Assembly (NCBI RefSeq): GCF_964355755.1
Contig: NC_092670.1
Coordinates: 27,888,388 to 27,952,387, forward strand
Direction of reading: 5' to 3'
DNA length: 64,000 bases
Origin: Antedon mediterranea
Lineage: Eukaryota; Animalia; Echinodermata
Positions 9,951-24,737 of this stretch are shown in pieces (within the stretch, counting starts at the first letter, position 1; every line of letters starts with the position of its first letter). The notes under the pieces were generated by a model. That model searched no databases, had not been told where the DNA came from, and saw only the letters and a list, made by a program, of their open reading frames with translations. The position numbers were made by a program, and so were the translations under genes.

Positions 9951-12900
9951 ACTTTGGTTTTTTATGTTAACAAGTTTTTTCGAAAATCACAAAATGGTGT
10001 AAAACGTCTCCAAATGCGATTTTAAGCTATTCTAAGCAATTTGGTGTTTTTATGTTAACAAGTTTTTTCGAAAATCACAAAATGGTCTAAAACGTCTCCA
10101 AATGCGATTTGAAGCTATTCTGTACACTTTGCTGTTTTGTGAGAATAATTTTTGTCGAAATGCTCAAAATGGTCAAAAACGTTTTTAAATACGATATTAA
10201 GCTATTTTGTGCTCTTTGATGTTTTTGTGTGAAAAGTTTTATCGAAATGCTCAAAATGGTCTAAAACGGTTTCTAATGTGATTTTAAGCACTTTGATGTT
10301 TTTATGTTAACAACTTTTTTAGAAAATTACAAAATGGTGTAAAACGTCTCCAAATGCGATTTGAAGCTATTCTAAGCAATTTCGTGTTTTTATGTTAACA
10401 AGTTTTTTCGAAAATCACAAAATGGTCTAAAACGTCTCCAAATGCGATTTGAAGCTATTCTAAGCACTTTTGTGTTTTTATGTTAACAAGTTTTTTCTAA
10501 AATCACAAAATGGTCTAAAATGTCTCCAAATGCGATTTTAAGGTATTCTAAGCACTTTGGTGTTTTTATGTTAACAAGTTTTTTCGAAAATCACAAAATG
10601 GTCTAAAACGTCTACAAATGCGATTTGAAGCTATTCTAAGCACTTTGGTGTTTTTATGTTAACAAGTTTTTTCGAAAATCACAAAATGGTATAAAACGTC
10701 TCCAAATGCGATTTGAAGATTTTCTAAGCACTTTGGTGTTTTTATGTTTACAAGTTTTTTCGAAAATCACAAAATGGTCTAAAACGTCTCCAAATGCGAT
10801 TTGAAGCTATTCCGTACACTTTGCTGTTTTGTGTGAATAATTTTGTCAAAATGCTCAAAATGGTCAAAAACGTTTTTAAATACTATATTAAGCTATTTTG
10901 TGTTCTTTGATGTTTTTGTGTGAAAAGTTTTATCGAAATGCTCAAAATGGTCTAAAACGGTTTCTAATGAAATGATTTTAAGAACTTTGATGTTTTTATG
11001 TTAACAACTTTTTTAGAAAATCACAAAATGGTCTAAAACGTCTCCAAATGCGATTTGAAGCAATTCTAAGCACTTTGGTGTTTTTATGTTAACAAGTTTT
11101 TTCGAAAATCACAAAATGGTATAAAACCTCTCCAAATGCGATTTTAAGGTATTCTAAGCACTTTGGTGTTTTTATGTTAACAAGTTTTTTCGAAAACCAC
11201 AAAATGGTATAAAACGTCTCCAAATGCGATTTGAAGCAATTCTAAGCACTTTGGTGTTTTTATGTTAACAAGTTTTTTCGAAAATCACAAAATGGTATAA
11301 AACGTCTCCAAATGAGATTTTAAGGTATTCTAAGCACTTTGGTGTTTTTATGTTAACAAGTTTTTTCGAAAATCACAAAATGGTCTAAAACGTCTACAAA
11401 TGCGATTTGAAGCTATTCTAAGCACTTTGGTGTTTTTATGTTAACAAGTTTTTTCGAAAATCACAAAATGGTATAAAACGTCTCCAAATGCGATTTTAAG
11501 CTATTCTAAGCAATTTGGTGTTTTTATGTTAACAAGTTTTTTCGAAAATCACAAAATGGTCGAAAATGTCACAAAATGCGATTTGAAGCTATTCTAAGCA
11601 CTTTGGTGTTATTATGTTAACAAGTTTTTTCGAAAATCACAAATTGGTCTAAAACGTCTCCAAATGCGATTTGAAGCTATTTTAAGCACTTTGGTGTTTT
11701 TGTGTAACCAAGTTTTTTCGAAAATCACAAAAGGGTCTAAAATGTCTCAAAATACGATTTGAAGCTATTCTGTACACTTTGATGTTTTTTTGTTAACAAG
11801 TTTTTTCGAAAGTCACAAAATGGTCTAAAACGTCTCCAAATGCGATTTGAAGCTATTCTAAGCACTTTGGTGTTTTTATGTTAACAAGTTTTTTCGAAAA
11901 TCACAAAATGGTGTAAAACGTCTCCAAATGCGATTTGAAGCTATTCTAAGCACTTTGGTGTTTTTATGTTAACAAGTTTTTTCGAAAATCACAAAATGGT
12001 GTAAAACTTCTCCAAATACGATTTTAAGCTATTCTAAGCAATTTGGTGTTTTTATTTTAACAAGTTTTTTCGAAAATCACAAAATGGTCTAAAACGTCTC
12101 CAAATGCGATTTGAAGTTATTCTGTACACTTTGCTGTTTTGTGAGAATAATTTTTGTCGAAATGCTCAAAATGGTCAAAAACGTTTTTAAATACGATATT
12201 AAGCTATTTTGTGCTCTTTGATGTTTTTGTGTGAAAAGTTTTATCGAAATGCTCAAAATGGTCTAAAACGGTTTCTAATGTGATTTTAAGCACTTTGGTG
12301 TTTTTATGTTAACAAGTTTTTACGAAAATCACAAAATGGTCTAAAACGTCTCCAAATGTGATTTGAAGCTATTCTAAACACTTTGGTGTTTTTATGTTAA
12401 CAAGTTTTTTCGAAAATCACAAATTGGTCTAAAACGTATCCAAATGCGATTTGAAGCTATTTTAAGCACTTTGGTGTTTTTGTGTAACCAAGTTTTTTCG
12501 AAAATCACAAAAGGGTCTAAAATGTCTCAAAATGCGATTTGAAGCTATTCTGTACACTTTGATGTTTTTTTGTTAACAAGTTTTTTCGAAAGTCACAAAA
12601 TGGTCTAAAACGTCTCCAAATGCGATTTGAAGCTATTCTAAGCACTTTGGTGTTTTTATGTTAACAAGTTTTTTCGAAAATCACAAAATGGTGTAAAACG
12701 TCTCCAAATGCGATTTGAAGCTATTCTAAGCACTTTGGTGTTTTTATGTTAACAAGTTTTTTCGAAAATCACAAAATGGTGTAAAACTTCTCCAAATACG
12801 ATTTTAAGCTATTCTAAGCAATTTGGTGTTTTTATGTTAACAAGTTTTTTCGAAAATCACAAAATGGTCTAAAACGTCTCCAAATGCGATTTGAAGCTAT

Positions 12901-14290
12901 TCTGTACACTTTGCTGTTTTGTGTGAATAATTTTTGTTGAAATGCTCAAAATGGTCAAAAACGTTTTTAAATACTATATTAAGCTATTTTGTGTTCTTTG
13001 ATGTTTTTGTGTGAAAAGTTTTATCGAAATGCTCAAAATGGTCTAAAACGGTTTCTAATGTGATTTTAAGCACTTTGATGTTTTTATGTTAACAAGTTTT
13101 TTCGAAAATCACAAAATGGTGTAAAACGTCTCCAAATGCGATTTGAAGCTATTCTAAGCACGTTGGTGTTTTTATGTTAACAAGTTTTTTCGAAAATCAC
13201 AAAATGGTCTAAAACGTCTCCAAATGCGATTTGAAGCAATTCTAAGCACTTTGGTGTTTTTATGGTAACGAGTTATTTCGAAAATCACAAAATGGTCTAA
13301 AACGTCTCCAAATGCGATTTGAAGCTATTCTGTACACTTTGCTGTTTTGTGTGAATAATTTTTGTCAAAATGCTCAAAATGGTCAAAAACGTTTTTTAAT
13401 ACTATATTAAGCTATTTTGTGCTCTTTGATGTTTTTGTGTGAAAAGTTTTATCGAAATGCTCAAAATGGTCTAAAACGGTTTCTAATGTGATTTTAAGCA
13501 CTTTGATGTTTTTATGTTAACAACTTTTTTAGAAAATTACAAAATGGTGTAAAACGTCTCCAAATGCGATTTGAAGCTATTCTAAGCACTTTGGTGTTTT
13601 TATGGTAACGAGTTTTTTTGAATATCACAAAATGGTCTAAAATGTCTCCAAATGCGATTTGAAGCTTTTCTAAGCACTTTGGTGTTTTTATGTTAACAAG
13701 TTTTTTCGAAAATCACAAAATGGTCTAAAACGTCTCCAAATGTGATTTGAAGCTATTCTAAACACTTTGGTGTTTTTATGTTAACAAGTTTTTTCGAAAA
13801 TCACAAATTGGTCTAAAACGTCTCCAAATGCGATTTGAAGCTAGTTTAAGCACTTTGGTGTTTTTGTGTAACCAAGTTTTTTCGAAAATCACAAAAGGGT
13901 CTAAAATGTCTCAAAATGCGATTTGAAGCTATTCTGTACACTTTGATGTTTTTTTTGTTAACAAGTTTTTTCGAAAGTCACAAAATGGTCTAAAACGTCT
14001 CCAAATGCGATTTGAAGCTATTCTAAGCACTTTGGTGTTTTTATGTTAACAAGTTTTTTCGAAAATCACAAAATGGTGTAAAACGTCTCCAAATGCGATT
14101 TGAAGCTATTCTAAGCAATTTGGTGTTTTTATGTTAACAAGTTTTTTCGAAAATCACAAAATGGTGTAAAACGTCTCCAAATGCGATTTTAAGCTATTCT
14201 AAGCAATTTGGTGTTCTTTTATGTTAACAAGTTTTTTCGAAAATCACAAAATGGTCTAAAACGTCTCCAAATGCGATTTGAAGCTATTCT
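9951..14290 (+). repeat. Segmental block X, copy 1 (copy 2 at about 24731-28982)
   Basis: Shared rare variants: tttggttttt 1-bp deletion, ttccgtac (B at 10814/25506), gaaaaccac, acgtatcc, ttttttaatac, gtgttctttt (14211/28903). Offset is 14780, then 14692. Confidence 0.85.
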
Positions 14291-17200
14291 AAGCACTTTT
14301 GTGTTTTTATGTTAACAAGTTTTTTCGAAAATCACAAAATGGTCTAAAATGTCTCAAAATGCGATTTGAAGCTATTCTGTACACTTTGCTGTTTTGTGTG
14401 AATAATTTTTGTCAAAATGCTCAAAATGGTCAAAAACGTTTTTAAATACTATATTAAGCTATTTTGTGTTCTTTGATGTTTTTGTGTGAAAAGTTTTTTC
14501 GAAATGCTCAAAATGGTCTAAAACGGTTTCTAATGTGATTTTAAGCACTTTGATGTTTTTATGTTAACAACTTTTTTAGAAAATTACAAAATGGTCTAAA
14601 ACGTCTCCAAATGCAATTTGAAGCAATTCTAAGCACTTTGGTGTTTTTATGTTAACAAGTTTTTTCGAAAATCACAAAATGGTCTAAAACGTCTCCAAAT
14701 GCTATTTGAAGCTATTCTGTACACTTTGCTGTTTTGTGTGAATAATTTTTGTTGAAATGCTCAAAATGGTCAAAAACGTTTTTAAATACGATATTAAGCT
14801 ATTTTGTGCTCTTTGATGTTTTTGTGTGAAAAGTTTTATCGAAATGCTCAAAATGGTCTAAAACGGTTTCTAATGTGATTTTAAGCACTTTGGTGTTTTT
14901 ATGTTAACAAGTTTTTTCGAAAATCACAAAATGGTCTAAAATATCTCCAAATGCGATTTGAAGCTTTTCTAAGCACTTTGGTGTTTTTATGTTAACAAGT
15001 TTTTTCGAAAATCACAAAATGGTCTAAAACGTCTCCAAATGTGATTTGAAGCTATTCTAAACACTTTGGTGTTTTTATGTTAACAAGTTTTTTCGAAAAT
15101 CACAAATTGGTCTAAAACGTCTCCAAATGCGATTTTAAGCAATTCTAAGCACTTTGGTGTTTTTATGTTAAAAAGTTTTTTTCGAAAATCACAAAATGGT
15201 CTAAAACCTCTCCAAATGCGATTTGAAGCTATTCTGTACACTTTGCTGTTTTGTGTGAATAATTTTTGTCGAAATGCTCAAAATGGTCAAAAACGTTTTT
15301 AAATACGATATTAAGCTATTTTGTGCTCTTTGATGTTTTTGTGTGAAAAGTTTTATCGAAATGCTCAAAATGGTCTAAAACGGTTTCTAATGTGATTTTA
15401 AGCACTTTGGTGTTTTTATGTTAACAAGTTTTTTCGAAAATCACAAAATGGTCTAAAACGTCTCCAAATGTGATTTGAAGCTATTTTAAACACTTTGGTG
15501 TTTTTATGTTAATAAGTTTTTTCGAAAATCACAAATTGGTCTAAAACGTCTCCAAATGCGATTTGAAGCTTTTCTAAGCACTTTGGTGTTTTTATGGTAA
15601 CGAGTTATTTCGAAAATCACAAAATGGTCTAAAACGTCTCCAAATGCGATTTGAAGCTATTCTGTACACTTTGCTGTTTTGTGTGAATAATTTTTGTCAA
15701 AATGCTCAAAATGGTCAAAAACGTTTTTAAATACTATATTAAGCTATTTTGTGTTCTTTGATGTTTTTATGTGAAAAGTTTTATCGAAATGCTCAAAATG
15801 GTCTAAAACGGTTTCTAATGTGATTTTAAGAACTTTGATGTTTTTATGTTAAAAACTTTTTTAGAAAATCACAAAATGGTCTAAAACGTCTCCAAATGCG
15901 ATTTGAAGCAATTCTAAGCACTTTGGTGTTTTTATGTTAACACGTTTTTTCGAAAATCACAAAATGGTCTACAACGTCTCCAAATGCGATTTGAAGATAT
16001 TCTAAGCACTTTGGTGTTTTTATGTTAACAAGTTTTTTCGAAAATCACAAAGTGGTATAAAACGTCTCCAAATGCGATTTTAAGGTATTCTAAGCACTTT
16101 GGTGTTTTTATGTTAACAAGTTTTTTAGAAAATCACAAAATGGTCTAAAACGTCTCCAAATGCGATTTGAAGCAATTCTAAGCACTTTGGTGTTTTTATG
16201 GTAACGAGTTTTTTTGAATATCACAAAATGGTCTAAAATGTCTCCAAATGCGATTTGAAGCTTTTCTAAGCACTTTGGTGTTTTTATGTTAACAAGTTTT
16301 TTCGAAAATCACAAAATGGTCTAAAACGTCTCCAAATGCGATTTGAAGCTATTCTGTACACTTTGCTGTTTTGTGTGAATAATTTTTGTCGAAATGCTCA
16401 AAATGGTCAAAAACGTTTTTAAATACGATATTAAGCTATTTTGTGCTCTTTGATGTTTTTGTGTGAAAAGTTTTATCGAAATGCTCAAAATGGTCTAAAA
16501 CGGTTTCTAATGTGATTTTAAGCACTTTGATGTTTTTATGTTAACAACTTTTTTAGAAAATCACAAAATGGTCTAAAACGTCTCCAAATGCGATTTGAAG
16601 CTTTTCTAAGCACTTTTGTGTTTTTATGTTTACAAGTTTTTTCGAAAATCACAAAATGGTCTAAAACGGCTCCAAATACGATTTGAAGCTATTCTAAGCA
16701 CTTTGGTGTTTTTATGTTAACAAGTTTTTTCGAAAATCACAAAATGGTCTAAAACGTCTCCAAATGCGATTTGAAGCTATTCTAAGCACTTTGGTGTTTT
16801 TATGTTAACAAGTTTTTTCGAAAATCACAAAATGGTGTAAAACGTCTCCAAATGCGATTTGAAGCTATTCTAAGCAATTTTGTGTTTTTATGTTAACAAG
16901 TTTTTTCGAAAATCACAAAATGGTCTAAAACGTCTCCAAATGCGATTTGAAGCTATTCTAAGCACTTTTGTGTTTTTATGTTAACAAGTTTTTTCGAAAA
17001 TCACAAAATTGTCTAAAATGTCTCAAAATGCGATTTGAAGCTATTCTTTACACTTTGCTGTTTTGTGTGAATAATTTTTGTCAAAATGCTCAAAATGGTC
17101 AAAAACGTTTTTAAATACTATATTAAGCTATTTTGTGTTCTTTGATGTTTTTGTGTGAAAAGTTTTTTCGAAATGCTCAAAATGGTCTAAAACGGTTTCT

Positions 17201-18090
17201 AATGTGATTTTAAGCACTTTGATGTTTTTATGTTAACAACTTTTTTAGAAAATTACAAAATGGTCTAAAACGTCTCCAAATGCGATTTGAAGCAATTCTA
17301 AGCACTTTGGTGTTTTTATGTTAACAAGTTTTTTCGAAAATCACAAAATGGTCTAAAACGTCTCCAAATGCGATTTGAAGCTATTCTGTACACTTTGCTG
17401 TTTTGTGTGAATAATTTTTGTTGAAATGCTCAAAATGGTCAAAAACGTTTTTAAATACGATATTAAGCTATTTTGTGCTCTTTGATGTTTTTGTGTGAAA
17501 AGTTTTATCGAAATGCTCAAAATGGTCTAAAACGGTTTCTAATGTGATTTTAAGCACTTTGGTGTTTTTATGTTAACAAGTTTTTTCGAAATTCACAAAA
17601 TGGTCTAAAATGTCTCCAAATGCGATTTGAAGCTTTTCTAAGCACTTTGGTGTTTTTATGTTAACAAGTTTTTTCGAAAATCACAAAATGGTCTAAAACG
17701 TCTCCAAATGTGATTTGAAGCTATTCTAAACACTTTGGTGTTTTTATGTTAACAAGTTTTTTCGAAAATCACAAATTGGTCTAAAACGTCTCCAAATGCG
17801 ATTTGAAGCTATTTTAAGCACTTTGGTGTTTTTGTGTAACCAAGTTTTTTCGAAAATCACAAAAGGGTCTAAAATGTCTCAAAATGCGATTTGAAGCTAT
17901 TCTGTACACTTTGATGTTTTTTTGTTAACAAGTTTTTTCGAAAGTCACAAAATGGTCTAAAAAGTCTCCAAATGCGATTTGAAGCTATTCTAAGCACTTT
18001 GGTGTTTTTATGTTAACAAGTTTTATCGAAAATCACAAAATGGTGTAAAACGTCTCCAAATGCGATTTGAAGCTATTCTAAGCACTTTGG
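14222..18090 (+). repeat. Segmental block Y, copy 1 (copy 2 at about 20869-24737, offset 6647)
   Basis: B starts 14379, 14719, 15236, 15664, 16356, 17048 and 17388 all recur at +6647. Shared aaaattgtc and tctttacactttgctg variants. Confidence 0.87.
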
Positions 18091-20868
18091 TGTTTTTATG
18101 TTAACAAGTTTTTTCGAAAATCACAAAATGGTGTAAAACGTCTCCAAATGCGATTTTAAGCTATTCTAAGCAATTTGGTGTTTTTATGTTAACAAGTTTT
18201 TTCGAAAATCACAAAATGGTCTAAAACGTCTCCAAATGCGATTTGAAGCTATTCTGTACACTTTGCTGTTTTGTGAGAATAATTTTTGTCGAAATGCTCA
18301 AAATGGTCAAAAACGTTTTTAAATACGATATTAAGCTATTTTGTGCTCTTTGATGTTTTTGTGTGAAAAGTTTTATCGAAATGCTCAAAATGGTCTAAAA
18401 CGGTTTCTAATGTGATTTTAAGCACTTTGATGTTTTTATGTTAACAACTTTTTTAGAAAATTACAAAATGGTGTAAAACGTCTCCAAATGCGATTTGAAG
18501 CTATTCTAAGCAATTTCGTGTTTTTATGTTAACAAGTTTTTTCGAAAATCACAAAATGGTCTAAAACGTCTCCAAATGCGATTTGAAGCTATTCTAAGCA
18601 CTTTTGTGTTTTTATGTTAACAAGTTTTTTCGAAAATCACAAAATGGTCTAAAATGTCTCCAAATGCGATTTTAAGGTATTCTAAGCACTTTGGTGTTTT
18701 TATGTTAACAAGTTTTTTCGAAAATCACAAAATGGTCTAAAACGTCTACAAATGCGATTTGAAGCTCTTCTAAGCACTTTGGTGTTTTTATGTTAACAAG
18801 TTTTTTCGAAAATCACAAAATGGTATAAAACGTCTCCAAATGCGATTTGAAGATTTTCTAAGCACTTTGGTGTTTTTATGTTTACAAGTTTTTTCGAAAA
18901 TCACAAAATGGTCTAAAACGTCTCCAAATGCGATTTGAAGCTATTCTGTACACTTTGCTGTTTTGTGTGAATAATTTTGTCAAAATGCTCAAAATGGTCA
19001 AAAACGTTTTTAAATACTATATTAAGCTATTTTGTGTTCTTTGATGTTTTTGTGTGAAAAGTTTTATCGAAATGCTCAAAATGGTCTAAAACGGTTTCTA
19101 ATGAAATGATTTTAAGAACTTTGATGTTTTTATGTTAACAACTTTTTTAGAAAATCACAAAATGGTCTAAAACGTCTCCAAATGCGATTTGAAGCAATTC
19201 TAAGCACTTTGGTGTTTTTATGTTAACAAGTTTTTTCGAAAATCACAAAATGGTATAAAACGTCTCCAAATGCGATTTTAAGGTATTCTAAGCACTTTGG
19301 TGATTTTATGTTAACAAGTTTTTTCGAAAATCACAAAATGGTCTAAAACGTCTACAAATGCGATTTGAAGCTATTCTAAGCACTTTGGTGTTTTTATGTT
19401 AACAAGTTTTTTCGAAAATCACAAAATGGTATAAAACGTCTCCAAATGCGATTTTAAGCTATTCTAAGCAATTTGGTGTTTTTATGTTAACAAGTTTTTT
19501 CGAAAATCACAAAATGGTCGAAAATGTCACAAAATGCGATTTGAAGCTATTCTAAGCACTTTGGTGTTATTATGTTAACAAGTTTTTTCGAAAATCACAA
19601 ATTGGTCTAAAACGTCTCCAAATGCGATTTGAAGCTATTTTAAGCACTTTGGTGTTTTTGTGTAACCAAGTTTTTTCGAAAATCACAAAAGGGTCTAAAA
19701 TGTCTCAAAATGCGATTTGAAGCTATTCTGTACACTTTGCTGTTTTGTGTGAATAATTTTTGTTGAAATGCTCAAAATGGTCAAAAACGTTTTTAAATAC
19801 TATATTAAGCTATTTTGTGTTCTTTGATGTTTTTGTGTGAAAAGTTTTATCGAAATGCTCAAAATGGTCTAAAACAGTTTCTAATGTGATTTTAAGCACT
19901 TTGATGTTTTTATGTTAACAACTTTTTTAGAAAATCACAAAATGGTCTAAAACGTCTCCAAATGCGATTTGAAGCAATTCTAAGCACTTTGGTGCTTTTA
20001 TGTTAACAAGTTTTTTCGAAAATCACAAAATGGTATAAAACGTCTCCAAATGCGATTTGAAGCAATTCTAAGCACTTTGGTGTTTTTATGTTAACAAGTT
20101 TTTTCGAAAATCACAAAATGGTATAAAACGTCTCCAAATGCGATTTTAAGGTATTCTAAGCACTTTGGTGTTTTTATGTTAACAAGTTTTTTCGAAAATC
20201 ACAAAATGGTCTAAAACGTCTCCAAATGCGATTTGAAGCTATTCTGTACACTTTGCTGTTTTGTGTGAATAATTTTTGTCGAAATGCTCAAAATGGTCAA
20301 AAACGTTTTTAAATACGATATTAAGCTATTTTGTGCTCTTTGATGTTTTTGTGTGAAAAGTTTTATCGAAATGCTCAAAATGGTCTAAAACGGTTTCTAA
20401 TGTGATTTTAAGCACTTTGATGTTTTTATGTTAACAACTTTTTTAGAAAATCACAAAATGGTCTAAAACGTCTCCAAATGCGATTTGAAGCAATTCTAAG
20501 CACTTTGGTGTTTTTATGGTAACGAGTTTTTTTGAATATCACAAAATGGTCTAAAATGTCTCCAAATGCGATTTGAAGCTTTTCTAAGCACGTTGGTGTT
20601 TTTATGTTTACAAGTTTTTTCGAAAATCACAAAATGGTCTAAAACGGCTCCAAATACGATTTGAAGCTATTCTAAGCACTTTGGTGTTTTTATGTTAACA
20701 AGTTTTTTCGAAAATCACAAAATGGTCTAAAACGTCTCCAAATGCGATTTGAAGCTATTCTAAGCACTTTGGTGTTTTTATGTTAACAAGTTTTTTCGAA
20801 AATCACAAAATGGTGTAAAACGTCTCCAAATGCGATTTGAAGCTATTCTAAGCAATTTTGTGTTTTTA

Positions 20869-23800
20869 TGTTAACAAGTTTTTTCGAAAATCACAAAATG
20901 GTCTAAAACGTCTCCAAATGCGATTTGAAGCTATTCTAAGCACTTTTGTGTTTTTATGTTAACAAGTTTTTTCGAAAATCACAAAATGGTCTAAAATGTC
21001 TCAAAATGCGATTTGAAGCTATTCTGTACACTTTGCTGTTTTGTGTGAATAATTTTTGTCAAAATGCTCAAAATGGTCAAAAACGTTTTTAAATACTATA
21101 TTAAGCTATTTTGTGTTCTTTGATGTTTTTGTGTGAAAAGTTTTTTCGAAATGCTCAAAATGGTCTAAAACGGTTTCTAATGTGATTTTAAGCACTTTGA
21201 TGTTTTTATGTTAACAACTTTTTTAGAAAATTACAAAATGGTCTAAAACGTCTCCAAATGCAATTTGAAGCAATTCTAAGCACTTTGGTGTTTTTATGTT
21301 AACAAGTTTTTTCGAAAATCACAAAATGGTCTAAAACGTCTCCAAATGCTATTTGAAGCTATTCTGTACACTTTGCTGTTTTGTGTGAATAATTTTTGTT
21401 GAAATGCTCAAAATGGTCAAAAACGTTTTTAAATACGATATTAAGCTATTTTGTGCTCTTTGATGTTTTTGTGTGAAAAGTTTTATCGAAATGCTCAAAA
21501 TGGTCTAAAACGGTTTCTAATGTGATTTTAAGCACTTTGGTGTTTTTATGTTAACAAGTTTTTTCGAAAATCACAAAATGGTCTAAAATATCTCCAAATG
21601 CGATTTGAAGCTTTTCTAAGCACTTTGGTGTTTTTATGTTAACAAGTTTTTTCGAAAATCACAAAATGGTCTAAAACGTCTCCAAATGTGATTTGAAGCT
21701 ATTCTAAACACTTTGGTGTTTTTATGTTAACAAGTTTTTTCGAAAATCACAAATTGGTCTAAAACGTCTCCAAATGCGATTTTAAGCAATTCTAAGCACT
21801 TTGGTGTTTTTATGTTAAAAAGTTTTTTTCGAAAATCACAAAATGGTCTAAAACCTCTCCAAATGCGATTTGAAGCTATTCTGTACACTTTGCTGTTTTG
21901 TGTGAATAATTTTTGTCGAAATGCTCAAAATGGTCAAAAACGTTTTTAAATACGATATTAAGCTATTTTGTGCTCTTTGATGTTTTTGTGTGAAAAGTTT
22001 TATCGAAATGCTCAAAATGGTCTAAAACGGTTTCTAATGTGATTTTAAGCACTTTGGTGTTTTTATGTTAACAAGTTTTTTCGAAAATCACAAAATGGTC
22101 TAAAACGTCTCCAAATGTGATTTGAAGCTATTTTAAACACTTTGGTGTTTTTATGTTAATAAGTTTTTTCGAAAATCACAAATTGGTCTAAAACGTCTCC
22201 AAATGCGATTTGAAGCTTTTCTAAGCACTTTGGTGTTTTTATGGTAACGAGTTATTTCGAAAATCACAAAATGGTCTAAAACGTCTCCAAATGCGATTTG
22301 AAGCTATTCTGTACACTTTGCTGTTTTGTGTGAATAATTTTTGTCAAAATGCTCAAAATGGTCAAAAACGTTTTTAAATACTATATTAAGCTATTTTGTG
22401 TTCTTTGATGTTTTTATGTGAAAAGTTTTATCGAAATGCTCAAAATGGTCTAAAACGGTTTCTAATGTGATTTTAAGAACTTTGATGTTTTTATGTTAAA
22501 AACTTTTTTAGAAAATCACAAAATGGTCTAAAACGTCTCCAAATGCGATTTGAAGCAATTCTAAGCACTTTGGTGTTTTTATGTTAACACGTTTTTTCGA
22601 AAATCACAAAATGGTCTACAACGTCTCCAAATGCGATTTGAAGATATTCTAAGCACTTTGGTGTTTTTATGTTAACAAGTTTTTTCGAAAATCACAAAGT
22701 GGTATAAAACGTCTCCAAATGCGATTTTAAGGTATTCTAAGCACTTTGGTGTTTTTATGTTAACAAGTTTTTTAGAAAATCACAAAATGGTCTAAAACGT
22801 CTCCAAATGCGATTTGAAGCAATTCTAAGCACTTTGGTGTTTTTATGGTAACGAGTTTTTTTGAATATCACAAAATGGTCTAAAATGTCTCCAAATGCGA
22901 TTTGAAGCTTTTCTAAGCACTTTGGTGTTTTTATGTTAACAAGTTTTTTCGAAAATCACAAAATGGTCTAAAACGTCTCCAAATGCGATTTGAAGCTATT
23001 CTGTACACTTTGCTGTTTTGTGTGAATAATTTTTGTCGAAATGCTCAAAATGGTCAAAAACGTTTTTAAATACGATATTAAGCTATTTTGTGCTCTTTGA
23101 TGTTTTTGTGTGAAAAGTTTTATCGAAATGCTCAAAATGGTCTAAAACGGTTTCTAATGTGATTTTAAGCACTTTGATGTTTTTATGTTAACAACTTTTT
23201 TAGAAAATCACAAAATGGTCTAAAACGTCTCCAAATGCGATTTGAAGCTTTTCTAAGCACTTTTGTGTTTTTATGTTTACAAGTTTTTTCGAAAATCACA
23301 AAATGGTCTAAAACGGCTCCAAATACGATTTGAAGCTATTCTAAGCACTTTGGTGTTTTTATGTTAACAAGTTTTTTCGAAAATCACAAAATGGTCTAAA
23401 ACGTCTCCAAATGCGATTTGAAGCTATTCTAAGCACTTTGGTGTTTTTATGTTAACAAGTTTTTTCGAAAATCACAAAATGGTGTAAAACGTCTCCAAAT
23501 GCGATTTGAAGCTATTCTAAGCAATTTTGTGTTTTTATGTTAACAAGTTTTTTCGAAAATCACAAAATGGTCTAAAACGTCTCCAAATGCGATTTGAAGC
23601 TATTCTAAGCACTTTTGTGTTTTTATGTTAACAAGTTTTTTCGAAAATCACAAAATTGTCTAAAATGTCTCAAAATGCGATTTGAAGCTATTCTTTACAC
23701 TTTGCTGTTTTGTGTGAATAATTTTTGTCAAAATGCTCAAAATGGTCAAAAACGTTTTTAAATACTATATTAAGCTATTTTGTGTTCTTTGATGTTTTTG

Positions 23801-24737
23801 TGTGAAAAGTTTTTTCGAAATGCTCAAAATGGTCTAAAACGGTTTCTAATGTGATTTTAAGCACTTTGATGTTTTTATGTTAACAACTTTTTTAGAAAAT
23901 TACAAAATGGTCTAAAACGTCTCCAAATGCGATTTGAAGCAATTCTAAGCACTTTGGTGTTTTTATGTTAACAAGTTTTTTCGAAAATCACAAAATGGTC
24001 TAAAACGTCTCCAAATGCGATTTGAAGCTATTCTGTACACTTTGCTGTTTTGTGTGAATAATTTTTGTTGAAATGCTCAAAATGGTCAAAAACGTTTTTA
24101 AATACGATATTAAGCTATTTTGTGCTCTTTGATGTTTTTGTGTGAAAAGTTTTATCGAAATGCTCAAAATGGTCTAAAACGGTTTCTAATGTGATTTTAA
24201 GCACTTTGGTGTTTTTATGTTAACAAGTTTTTTCGAAAATCACAAAATGGTCTAAAATGTCTCCAAATGCGATTTGAAGCTTTTCTAAGCACTTTGGTGT
24301 TTTTATGTTAACAAGTTTTTTCGAAAATCACAAAATGGTCTAAAACGTCTCCAAATGTGATTTGAAGCTATTCTAAACACTTTGGTGTTTTTATGTTAAC
24401 AAGTTTTTTCGAAAATCACAAATTGGTCTAAAACGTCTCCAAATGCGATTTGAAGCTATTTTAAGCACTTTGGTGTTTTTGTGTAACCAAGTTTTTTCGA
24501 AAATCACAAAAGGGTCTAAAATGTCTCAAAATGCGATTTGAAGCTATTCTGTACACTTTGATGTTTTTTTGTTAACAAGTTTTTTCGAAAGTCACAAAAT
24601 GGTCTAAAAAGTCTCCAAATGCGATTTGAAGCTATTCTAAGCACTTTGGTGTTTTTATGTTAACAAGTTTTATCGAAAATCACAAAATGGTGTAAAACGT
24701 CTCCAAATGCGATTTGAAGCTATTCTAAGCACTTTGG
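20869..24737 (+). repeat. Segmental block Y, copy 2
   Basis: B starts 21026, 21366, 21883, 22311, 23003, 23695, 24035; same A-run pattern 2,4,3,6,6,2 as copy 1. Confidence 0.87.
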
